A DNA stretch of 50,611 nt. Origin: Reclinomonas americana ATCC 50394 (Eukaryota). Each line of letters starts with the position of its first letter. Within the stretch, counting starts at the first letter, position 1. The notes beneath the pieces were generated by a model. It was not told where the DNA came from. It searched no databases and was given only the letters and a program-made list of their open reading frames with translations. Positions 39,257-50,611 of the stretch are shown piece by piece. The DNA lies in NCBI GenBank assembly GCA_048213135.1, contig PS015096.1:30657-81267 (forward strand). The letters run 5' to 3'. The translations under genes and the position numbers were made by a program.

Positions 39257-41423
39257 ATGTCAGGAAAGCATTCGGTCAGTGCGCAGCGCGACCGACTTGC
39301 TCGTGTCACTTGTCTCTGCCACCTCTCTCTTTCTCCTTTCCTCTCCGCTGCCTCTCCTCTTCCCCACACCATCGCACGGCGCACTACAGCGTCTGCTAGT
39401 CACCGCTGCCTCCACCAAGTCACACAGTTAACTTGATTCCTTCTCATGGTGTGTGTGTGTGCGCGAATCTTGACAGTCGCCGACACATGGAGGAGGCAAG
39501 GCACCGTCACAGTCGCACGAGGATCGCCACCGTCGTGTGCACGCCGACACCACCAAGGCTGCATCGTCGCCGACACGCTTCGACGACGAGGGCGACGATG
39601 ATTATGAGCGCAAGGCACGCGGAAGACGTGGTGGTTCTCATGACGGCGACGACAATCCGAACGCTGACATTTGCCGGATTCTCGACGGTGAGCTTTCACT
39701 TGCCACGCGCCACGTGCGGCTGGTGCGTGGATCGCTCACTGACGGAGGGTATGGGGGGGAATAGAGATGTCGGAGGTGGAGGCTGCCAAGGGCGAGCACT
39801 GGCGTTCCCTGGCGTATCATCGGGTTCGTGTTTGCAGAAGGCCAGCTTGCAGGGCGACTAACTTTGGCTCACGCTTCTCTCATCGTTGTGGTATACCTGT
39901 AGGCGTCACGCAAGCTGGCGTCGCTGCCGTATCGCATCGAGTCGGTGAGTGGTGAAGTTGTCGTCGATCGTGCTTGAGGAGACAGGTGGCTGAATTTTTG
40001 TGGATTCTTCGCAGGGCGATGAGGCGCAAGAGGTGATCGCTTGAGTCTCTCCTCACCAACTTGTGGTATCTGTAACACTCAATGCGTGTTCAGCTCGACA
40101 CCATCGGACCGAGCATCGGTGCCAAGATCGACGAGATTCTGCATACGGGCACTCTGAAAAAGTATGCATTCCTCTCGTTTTTCTGTGTCAGACTGCATGA
40201 GCTGATGCGTGCGACACACTCGCGCAGACTGGAAGAGGAGGGCTCGTCGGAGAACATCAAAGCGTATCGCGACCTGATGCGAGTGCACGGCATCGGGCCG
40301 ATCAAAGCACACCAGCTGGTGGCGGGTGGGATTCGCTCGGTATCGGAGCTACTCGAGCATCCCGAGTTGCTCAATCGACGACAGCGCGTTGGTGCGTGAC
40401 TACAATCGCCCATATGCTCGGAAAGAGGTGTCATGCTCATCGCCGACTCCCTTTTGCAGGTCTGCAACATCTGGAGGACTTTGACCGGCCGATTGGCCGG
40501 CACGAGATCGCCAAGATCGAGGCAGCACTGGAGCAGACGGCGATGGAGGCGCTCGGGCCTGGCGCGCGCTTCGAACTGGTGGGCGAGTACCGACGCCACG
40601 AGGAACCGCTGACGCGAGTGGACGTGCTGATTGCACATCCGGATTTCGTATCGGAAGGCGGTCGACCGGCCACGCACAACGCAACTGGCACCGAGCTGCT
40701 GCGCCGGTACTTGCGCGAGCTGCATCAGCGTGGCATCATCACGGCCGACATTACCGACAATCCACAATCCAAGTACATCGGCGTGTGCCACGACGTTGCG
40801 TGTGGGACCAGTTGTAACGCATACTCCGTCGTACCCACCCATGTGCTTCCTCCGCTCCCACAGCCGAACGGTTCCGACATGATGAAGTACCACCCGATCA
40901 TGAGTTGTGTTTCCTCCCGCACTCGTCGCCTGAACGAAGCCTGTCGCTAACTCGGTGTATCTCCTGCAGTCCGCATCATCCCGTACGATCGTTGCGCGGA
41001 CTCCCACAGCGTCGCCCTGCGCTGCAGTCTCCTGCGTACTCACACGCCACAAAACAGAGTATTACGCGGCACTGGTCGGCCTCACCGGAAGCCAGGACTT
41101 CAACATGCAGCTGCGCCGAGTGGCCAAGAACAAGGGCTACCTGCTCGACGACTACGGCCTCTTCAGGCGCAACGCCGACGGCTCAGTGGTCAGTCACTGT
41201 CTGTCGCACACAAGAACTCACTATTGCCTCACACATTCGCGCACACACACAGGGTCCCGCGGAGCCGATCGAGAGCGAGCGTGACATCTTTGACAAGCTC
41301 GGCGTGGAGTTCACCTACACCCCGCTGCTGTGGCAAGAACACGAGGGCGAGGAGGGACACACGGCGCACAAAAAGTCATCGCACCACCACGCCAGCGGCA
41401 GCTCACACGAACAAGTGCAGTAA
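39257..41423 (+). CDS. DNA polymerase family X (Pol beta-like) with degenerate polymerase active site
   Basis: NPNADICRILDEMS...WRSLAYHRA, LDTIGPSIGAKIDEILHTG, RVHGIGPIKA, GLQHLEDF, GEYRRHEEPLTRVDVLIAHP, KYIGVC, LTGSQDFNMQLR, ESERDIFDKLG. First exon tentative. Confidence 0.92.
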
Positions 41424-41499
41424 CACACGGCCTGTACACAGATGACAACAGACATAGGGAGAGAGAGAAAGAGAGAGCGTTCGCAATGCACACTCGCTG

Positions 41500-41836
41500 C
41501 TATGACTTGCTGCTGCTGTTCTCGTCGCCAATCATGCGCTGGCCGAGTCCCGAGCGATCCTTGTCGAATGATGAGTTCGGATGCAGCGACTGCACAAACT
41601 GCCACTGCTCCCGTGTGAGTGGAGGCGCACGTGCGTTCAACAGTGCCGACTCCTGTGCATCGTGCAAGCGAATGCCCGTCTCCCGTCGACCGTCCACCTG
41701 GAATCAGCGTGAGTGCGAAAGAGAGAGAGTGAGAGAGACAGAAGCACTGACTGACCTCCAAGACCCACTTGGTGAGGCCACCAGCACCTAATATGATGCC
41801 GAGCACAATGGCCACTTGTCTGGGTGACGCGTTCAT
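41500..41836 (-). CDS. Small single-transmembrane protein (about 92 aa, 2 exons)
   Basis: MNASPRQVAIVLGIILGAGGLTKWVLE|VDGRRETG...SSKS followed by TAG. One GTCAGT...CCAG intron. Confidence 0.6.
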
Positions 41837-41902
41837 CACGCGCTCACACTCACACACGGAGAAAGAGAGTCCTGCCTGTGTCCTCCTTCCTTCACTCTTC
41901 GC

Positions 41903-42791
41903 ATGCAGCACGACAGGCTTCTGAGTGAGTTTCTCTTTGCGGCCGCACACGCCACAGTGTGCACAAGTCCATACGTGTCGCATCATCTCAGGCAAGTCTC
42001 TCTCTCTCTCTCTCTCTCTCTCTTCCGCCTCTCACTGTGCACGCACCTGCAGTCGTCTCTGTCGCGACACGCTGCTCAAGAACAACATTGGTGCGTTGTT
42101 CTGCTCTCACACACGCGCCTCACTCTTCCCCTCACACGCCTGCACAGTTGTGCCACGAGTGATTCGCGAACACATGTGTGTGCACTGTGGAGGCCTTTTG
42201 ATCGCCGGCCTCACGTGTGAGACGCGCATTCGGCAGCACAAGAAGGCAACAAAGGCCTCCTCCACTGGCGAGTCGCCCAAGCAGCGCAGCATGTCGAAGA
42301 AGGCCAAGCGGAGGAGGAAACGCGGCAATGTGGTGGTGCGCAACTTGTGCCCTCACCGCTGCTGCTGCTGCTGTCTCGCTGTCTGTTGCTCACTGAAGCG
42401 CGTGTAGAGGATGCGCTGTGCAGTGTGCGATCATGTGAGCGAGTTGCCGGGCAAGTCGGTGAAGCGACCCAAGCGAGCAGCAGCCGCAGTGGTGCCGAGT
42501 ACACCACAAAAGGTGCCGTCGACACCGCTCAAGGTGCACACGCCGAGTACGCCGGCGTTGCAGCAGCTGCCAGCACCGCCACCGCCATCGCCGTCGCCGG
42601 TTGTGGCGCTGTTTGCGTCGCCTGCCACGCCCATTAACATGGCCGCAGCTGTGGACGGGAAGAGGCGTTCGCGGTCGGCACGAAAGGCAGCGGCGCAGGA
42701 GGAGCGCACACCGACAAAAGCCACCGCGGCCGGTGCCAGTGGACGTGCGCAGCTGTTGAGCTTTGTCAGTCAGGTGGTGTCTCCAAGATAG
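41903..42791 (+). CDS. RPP21: RNase P/MRP subunit, Rpr2/Rpp21/Snm1 family
   Basis: FLFAAAH...PYVSHHL, PRVIREHMCVHCGGLLIAGLTCETRI, MRCAVCDH (CxxC...CxxC zinc ribbon). First intron is GC-AG (donor 41992). Confidence 0.8.
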
Positions 42792-43115
42792 AATAATAAC
42801 AACACGCACTTTCACTCTCATTGTGCTCCGCACACATAAACACCACCACCATCACACACTAAAACACGACGATGAACAAAAAAACACACGCTGCGCCGCA
42901 CCAGTACCCACCGTGGCGCGTCAAGCAAAAACAGATATTGTTACCTAGACAGAGGAAGAAGAGAGATAGAGAGCCAAAATTATGAAGAAGAGAGAAGGAT
43001 CGAGGCCCCAATTGCGAAATAAAAAAGAACACACTGGCACCATGCAAAACTCGAACGGGAAGCACGCATATTAGAAAGGTGCTGGTCCCCGCACGTCCCA
43101 CACTGCCCGCTCCCA

Positions 43116-46100
43116 TTACCGCCCATCCCGCCGCAGACGGCCGAGCCGTGCGGCCTCCGCATACGCCTGGTCGTCCTCGGGCTCCACACCCTCCAGCGCC
43201 TCTCGGAAGGCACTGTCGTGCTCCCGTCGCGCCTCCTGCATGTGCTCACGAACACGCGGACCAATGCAGCGGCCCCAAACTTGCGACGACGACGATGATG
43301 ATGACGGTGTGCCGGTTGTAGAGCCACCGTTCGCGGCACTGCCTGTCGATGACTCAGTCGACGACGACGACGAAGATGATGACGACGACGAGGAAGACGA
43401 GCCGGGAGGCGCCGACGGTCGAGATTTCATGCCCTCCTGCAGGCGCACACCCGTGAGTGATGAGGAAAGGAAGGGAAAAGAAACAACAAAGGGAAGGGGA
43501 CGCACCAGTGCACAGTCGGAGAGCACGGGTGGCGCCGACCACTCGCGCGGTCGGATAATGTACTCGCGATCCGGCAACAACAACACCTTGTCGCCCACAC
43601 GCCCGGTAAACACCACCGATTCGGTGACACCGGGTCCGCGCTCCGACGGCCGACCGTCCAGGTCCACCACCTCCAGCGTCTGGCCCTTCCACTGCCACGC
43701 TGGCTCGTCTCCGCGCCACGTCTCGTCGTCGCCATCGTCGGTGTTCTCGCTGCGGTAAAAATCGGCGAGGTTCGGCAGCGAGAACGAAAGCGGCGTGTTC
43801 ATGTAGTTGCGCACACGGAAGTGNNNNNNNNNNNNNNNNNNNNATCGTGCCACGTCTCCATGCTCCATCCGCGCTCGCGCAGCTGATTCAGCTCCGACGA
43901 CGTCACAAAGACGACCTCCGGGTGATTGGCGCGCAGGTACTCCACCGTGCGCACAAACGCCGAGCGCATGTACGCAGTAAAGTGCTGCGAATAGATGCCG
44001 CGGATCCACGACTGGAGGTGCCACATGAGAATGGTAACGGCTGTCGCTCAATGACCTCGCTCAGCAAGTGCAGGCGCTCCTCGACCTCGAACTCGGGCCA
44101 AATAACATCCCACCGCACTCGATCCTGGTACGCCACGCGCGGTGGCACGTGCCACGGCAGCTGCACAGGCTCTGTCGGCAACTCGGGCGCTGGTTGTTGC
44201 TGCTGCTGTTGTTGTGACGATGAGCTGTCAGCCGGTGCCGGTGTATCGTGCTCCAACACACGGNNNNNNNNNNNNNNNNNNNNNNNNNNNNNNNNNNNNN
44301 NNNNNNNNNNNNNNNNNNNNNNNNNNNNNNNNNNNNNNNNNNNNNNNNNNNNNNNNNNNNNNNNNNNNNNNNNNNNNNNNNNNNNNNNNNNNNNNNNNNN
44401 NNNNNNNNNNNNNNNNNNNNNNNNNNNNNNNNNNNNNNNNNNNNNNNNNNNNNNNNNNNNNNNNNNNNNNNNNNNNNNNNNNNNNNNNNNNNNNNNNNNN
44501 NNNNNNNNNNNNNNNNNNNNNNNNNNNNNNNNNNNNNNNNNNNNNNNNNNNNNNNNNNNNNNNNNNNNNNNNNNNNNNNNNNNNNNNNNNNNNNNNNNNN
44601 NNNNNNNNNNNNNNNNNNNNNNNNNNNNNNNNNNNNNNNNNNNNNNNNNNNNNNNNNNNNNNNNNNNNNNNNNNNNNNNNNNNNNNNNNNNNNNNNNNNN
44701 NNNNNNNNNNNNNNNNNNNNNNNNNNNNNNNNNNNNNNNNNNNNNNNNNNNNNNNNNNNNNNNNNNNNNNNNNNNNNNNNNNNNNNNNNNCGATGGCCGC
44801 CGGCGCCGTCGGTCGAACTCGACTTGGAGGGTGCGGGCGGAAAGCGTGACGGTTTTGGCGATGCTGCCACGGGGGCCTTGCGCTTCGCGCGCAGTGACTC
44901 CGCCACCATGGCACTGATGCGACTGGCGGCTGCCTTGGCGGCAGTGGAACGCGGAGCCGGCGGCGGCACTGCAGCCACGTCAATGTAGGTCTCCGTGGCC
45001 CGCAAACCGAGTGCGTCCATGGCGTACGCCTGGTACGGGTGCGACACGTTGTGCGGGCAGTTCATCACTTGCGGCCGGTAGCCCCACAGCTTCTCAAACG
45101 TCTGCACGCCCGGCAAATGCCACTCGACCAGCTCCTCCACCGACTGCCACATTCAACGAGAGTACATCAGTACCTTCCCAAGCAGCAAGTAGCAGTCATT
45201 TGCTACACAGATACACACACGCACGCTGGTCCACAAACCTCAAAGTCCAGATTCTCGCTGCGCAACCCCGTGTACTCGCCCGAGCACACGATTCCGTATT
45301 TGAAACAGAGTCGAGCGGCCTTGTCGTTGTTCTTCAACAAGTTGACCCACTTGTGTGGCGCAATGTGCGAGCGGCCGTGATACTCGGGGTGCCAGACGCC
45401 ACGCCGGAACAGCAAATGGTACAGAGGTCGCAGATCGCCGCGCATGTACGGCAGACGCGAATGGCCGCCAGCCGAGTCATCCCATCGCAACTCGCGGTAT
45501 TCGCACTGCGGTGACTCCGGGCATCCCAACTCCTTCATCGCCTCCTGCACAGCACACGTCAGCCGGATCGCACGCCACAAAGAGAGAGAGAGCAACTTCA
45601 ATAAAAGAACGCAACGATATCAGGGCCGCCAACTACCCAAAACGGTGTAATCACCACCTGATGTCGATGCGACAGTGGCCGCCGCGGTGCCGAGCGATTC
45701 AGCCGCTCCATCGACGCCAACAGCGATGTGAGATCCTCCACACCCTCCAGCGACGCGTAACCCCACGCTGCACGCAGGCAAAGATGAGGGGGAAAACACA
45801 CAAAATCGTGCAATTCTCAACTCCTCACACACCCTTGTAGGTCTCCTCGCCCGGCAACCCCTGCTCCATCAACTCCTTGCGCATCTCCGGGCTGGAGAAG
45901 CGCGGCGCAGAGTCCGCCCAGTGACCCCAATCATCAGAGCTGATCACCACAAACCTGCACACACAAGACGAGCACGCATGAGTGCTGCAGTGACACGCGT
46001 AGATCACAAGTGCGAGCTTTCAACATGAACATGACGTGCTCGCCTAACACACACATGCACACACGCTCTCTCCTTGCTGCTGCTGCTGCTCACTGTGTCT

Positions 46101-46640
46101 GTTGTGTGCGTGTGTGTGGCGAGAGAGTGTGTGTCCAGCAACGCACTTTCGTCCGTGATAATGACGCGCGCCACTCGTCGCCGACTTGGCCCACTGCGGC
46201 GGAGGCGCCGACATTGCAATCTCCTCTGACAAGCGCATGGCGGCCGCAGAAGAAGCAGAAGAAGAGGAGGGCGGTGAGTGTGTAGTGGCGTCAAATGTCG
46301 CGCCGTTGTTGTTGTGGCCGACTGTGAGCCTGCCCATGGACACATGCAGGTACAGCAGCGACAGAGCCGCCACCACCGCCAGCATGGTGAGCACGCGCGA
46401 GCCTGGTCTGCGCGGGCACGAGGGGGCGCGACTGTGGCCGCGGCGGTTCAGGCGTCGCAGGCAGCTATCACTGCCGCCGCTCAACAGCTGCAGCAACTCC
46501 TGCTCATCGTCCGTGTCCTCCTCGCTGCCGCCACCCGGTGTGATGGCGACGTGCGAGGGCGGTGCGGCGACGCTGCTGCTGGTGGTGGTGGCGGTGTTGG
46601 TGGTCGCCCCGCCTTGCGTCGTGGTGGCCTGCGCGGCCAT
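43116..46640 (-). CDS. Type II membrane polysaccharide deacetylase-like (NodB-type barrel) protein
   Basis: TM segment VLTMLAVVAALSLLYL. Motifs FVVISSDDWG, ITPFWVVGGPD, WHPEYHGRSH, GVQTFEKLWGYRP...CPHN, FVTSSEL. The N gaps at 43824-43843 and 44264-44790 close in frame. Confidence 0.7.
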
Positions 46641-47031
46641 CGCCTCCAAATCCGGTGTCAATTTGTATTCGGTCGTTTCGGTGGATTCGATGAATATTCC
46701 CTCAAGATTTTTCTCGAGGCTTTGCCTGCTGCTGCATTCCTGGTCTGCATTGTGGACGGACGGGAACCATATCCCGCCTGTCAGCAGAAAATCGCGACTG
46801 CGGAATGCGGTAACGTGGTCGATTTTTGTTGGCTTTCGAATATCGAAAATGTCGAAGTTGAAGGCGAAGGCTGTCGTTACCGTACCTTCCAGTGCAAGTC
46901 ACTGGATCTTCACGGCTGCATGTACCTCCCTCGTCCTTGCAAGTAAAGTCGAAAAATATAACAAACCAAAATCCTGGTACAATGTATTCCGCGAAACAAC
47001 ATTGCCGAAAAAGAGTCATTCTTTACTTTGT

Positions 47032-50000
47032 TCACTGAGCGGCCGATGCAGCAGCGTCCTTTTCGTACACATCCCACAGCTGAGCAAATGAGTCGTCAAG
47101 GCAGCGCTTCAGATCGCGAAATCTGCAACGCGTTGTGAGTCACCCCGAGCACACTCTCATCGCTCCTCACTCGTGAACACAACTTGACCGCCAGCAGCGT
47201 TTGTCCATCGCGCGAGAGCAGAATACACCGTTCATCGACACCCGCATCCAGCTGTGTGTGAGTGGTGGTGAGATTACACGTAAGAGTGGAAAGAGGGCAC
47301 GGTTAAAGGAGAACGAAACTCGGTTCAGGTTGTCAACGACGTGGCCGTAGTCAATCACAGGAGCGCCTGACTCCGACGTCTGCAACACGGCGCACTCAGT
47401 GAGTCTCCCTTTGTCACACACACAAGTGCGCAAACGCGCGAGACCATCACTCGCTCACCTGGTGGAACAGGAAATCGCGGAACAGCTTGAGCAGGTAGCG
47501 GTCACCGGTCTCTGACCAGGTGGTGTCCTGATTGAATCTGTCACACACGAAGACAGGTGAGCCGGCAGCACCCAAGATCGGCGATGGTAGGAGGAGTACG
47601 CAACTCGGGTCTTTCGTTGATGAAATTCAGCTTGGCCAGCAGACGGAGAATGCGACCATTGTTGAACTCCTTGTACAGATCTCGTTCCAGCGCATCGGTT
47701 TGCCTACCACCACACACGGGACGTTGAACTCAACCACGAACTCACACTTCTCTCTGACACCCGACGTACCCGTACAAGCTCTCCAGCTCGGCCATCACAT
47801 GCGGGGTCGCTCGCTCCAGCAGCTTGGCGGGTCCCTCCACCGCCGAGAACATGATCTCCAGCACCTCCACCAGCATCGGCGAGTAGTTGCGTGCGGCCTG
47901 TTCACGTGCTCATGAGTCACCTCAACAAGGAAACAGTGGGGAGCCACGCAAGACGAACCTGCTGCAACATGATTTGCACCTCGTGGTCCCTGACCACCGT
48001 GAGGGTGGCCAGTGACAGCATGGAGTGCGCCAACTGCACCATGTCTTGCATCTGAACAAGCACATGGCGTCAGCGGCGTGCAACACACACATGCACCTTT
48101 CTACTTTTCTCCCCCAACACATGCCTGCATCTCCTCAGTGGTGGCGTCCATGTCGGGATGGAGCACATCAGCAATGCCAATGTTCTTGATGCGGATTCTG
48201 CGCGCATGACAGGTAAGCTACAGAGGTCCGCACATAGTCAGAGCAGTGTCGTCGCACCGATTGGGTCCCGTCAGCACCATGTTCGACAGCGCGATACACC
48301 TCAGAGCGAGGCCGGCTTCGTGAATCTTGTTCATCACCGACAACAACTGTACAATGTAGCTCCACAACACTCGCTCACTGGCAAACTGCACGCAGGATTA
48401 TGAGACATGAGACGCTCGAAGACGACAGATCATACACACAACACACCGATCGTGTCTCCGACGACGTGAAGAAGAACGAGTACACCGTCTGCAAAGTCGG
48501 TTGCATCTCATACACAAACACCATGTCTGTGCGGTCGAGCACAGAAATCAGCAACACAGCACTGCGTCGCCACGGCCACACGCGTGACACAAACCTGACG
48601 TGTCAAAGTCGCGCGAGTAGAATACATCGGTGAGGTTAACAATGCTCGGGTGAGCGATTGACTTCCACATGTCAGCATTGGCGACGGCGTACTACACGAA
48701 CACCGGCACTCCGAATCAGGACCACAGCAGTCAAACCATCCTTGCACGCAACCAACACGAACCTCGGCCTGCTGCTTCACCGAAGTGACTCTTCGCAGGA
48801 TCTTGGGCGTGCCGTCAACCTCATCTATCGCCTTGTACGCCGCCGTACGCAACGAAGGGTCCCACCTAAAACGAAGACACAAAGAGACACACCAACCATT
48901 CAGCTGTTGACCGCCACGTATTGAATGCGCCTGGAACACATACCCCGACGGCTGAGGTGTGGTCTCCAGTGGGTAGATCGAGTGGTAGCGCTGGCGCAAC
49001 ACTTGTGGGACGGTGCTCGAGTGCTCGTCGGTCGCTGCATCGGTGGAAGGGGTCAGCCAAGAAAGCTCGGTCGTCACGCTTCTCAAAACAAACGCAACGG
49101 ACTGTGGCCGTCTGCAGACGGGAGGCACTCTCTAGTCGCTGTCGCAGATTCTCGGCCACAAAGAACTGCGACATGCTGGCACTGCCGCCCACTGGCGCTG
49201 CACACATTCCACGAAGACAGATATGAGGGCCGCGAAACAAAGGTGCAATCGACAGGATGTCCTGCGTACCTGCACCTCCGACGCCGGACGCAGCACTGCC
49301 AGAAGCACCACTGCCGGAACCGGAGGGCATGTTGGAGGACCCCGGCACCGGCATGTGTCTCCGATCCGGTCGCCGGTGCGCCACGGGTCGCGAGAACGGT
49401 GGCGGCTCACCCTTTTGTCACACGAAAAAGTGAGTTGTCGCCCCAACAGAACGAGAGGATGATGCAACTCAACTGCATGGCCGTGCGCATGCGCACCAGG
49501 CTGCTGCGACGGAATGAACAAACTGTTCCCGCTGCCGCCGCCTCCGCCACCGACCACCACGGGACCACCGACCATGCCGCCTGCGCCACCAGGAGCACCT
49601 CCACCAGGCATCATTCCACCGACATTCGGTTGCAACACTGGAGTCGGCTTGCGCTGTGGCACGGCTTGCGGCGGTCCGTGCATGGCGCCGGGCGGCATCA
49701 TCGGATGCATACCCGGGTACATGGGCCCACCAGACGGCGGAGGACCCATCGGTTGCCCGGGGATGTACAGCGACGAGCCGTGTCCGTGAGTGTGAGCCAT
49801 GGGATTGCCAGGATGCCCGTACGGCGGCCCTGGCATCCCGTATGGAGGCATTCCCCTGCACACAGAGCGTCGATCAGCTCACATCCCACACAGGCGCGCG
49901 AGAAGAGGGAAGCCAAAACAAAACACAACATTTGCGACGAGAAGGGGGACGGGTTGCCGAGGAACACGGGCGGAGGATGTTGCGGCTGTTGCGGATGTGG

Positions 50001-50446
50001 TGGCGCCATACCTTTGGCCATTCGCGCATGTGAGTCGCCTTCTCTCACTCACACTACAGTGAGGAGCACACATGAACGCGCCACGCACCAGCAGCAGGTC
50101 GGAACTCGGGGACCTCATCAGGGCTCCAACTACGACCACACACGATGCGCGCGCGCGCACACACTCCACAAAGTGAGATTAACAAAATTGATGTGTGTGT
50201 GCGCACACACAGTCTCTCTCTCACACACACTCTGTGCGTGGAGTGTTGCCACAACGATAACAAGAGAGAGACAGCGGGTGCGCAAGTGAGTGAGTGTGCG
50301 TGTGCGCGTGTGTGAGCGACATGCTCTGCTTGACAACACCTCGATGGGCATCGTGAATCAGAGAGAATGTGCGTGTGTGCGTGTGTGTTACCGTGTGAGT
50401 CACCACACTGTGCGTACGTGTGCCGAGCACGCAACTTGGCCGCCAT
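47032..50446 (-). CDS. PAN3: PAN2-PAN3 deadenylase subunit PAN3 (pseudokinase plus C-terminal knob)
   Basis: [90 protein letters not shown]. One GC-AG intron (donor 48124). Confidence 0.95.
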
Positions 50447-50525
50447 GGAAGGGCGCGAATGCTAATGTTGGCGCCAAATTGGGGGCAAACAAGGACGCAT
50501 GTGGGACAACCTCTCTGCTCGTTTT

Positions 50526-50611
50526 TTAATAATCACCAGGCGGCGGCGGCGTGAGCGGTGCACCGGCCAGCTTCGTAGGGAGACGACGAGCAGCTGCTGC
50601 ACGACCGACGG
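50526..50611 (-). CDS. Possible 3' end of an upstream gene (partial)
   Basis: Open frame VGRAAAARRLPTKLAGAPLTPPPPGDY ending in TAA, followed by an A-rich tract. Confidence 0.35.
   Translation of the reverse strand, partial: VGRAAAARRLPTKLAGAPLTPPPPGDY

Overview
Gene-dense, intron-rich nuclear DNA from a GC-rich microbial eukaryote (lineage not determined from this window). It uses the standard genetic code, and most introns are about 60-100 nt with CTCAC/CTGAC branch-like motifs and YAG acceptors. By manual splicing I read about 14 genes: TOR kinase, a two-PH-domain repeat protein, a hypothetical protein, a NADAR/YbiA N-glycosidase with an in-frame TAA, a bacterial-type ABM membrane protein, a Cys-rich protein, a Ser/Pro-rich protein, two divergent paralogues with IQ-like helices, a DNA polymerase X, a small single-TM protein, RPP21/Rpr2, a polysaccharide deacetylase-like protein and PAN3. 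Several N-gap-bounded contigs are inverted and join seamlessly in frame, which points to scaffolding artefact. The main signal is an abundant atypical 5' splice-site class. About 30 introns (manual count) start with GTTGCG, the local G|GTGCGT consensus shifted by one base with no +5G, and they occur almost only where the last exon base is not G. Also notable: the PolX has lost two of its three catalytic aspartates but keeps the lyase lysine.
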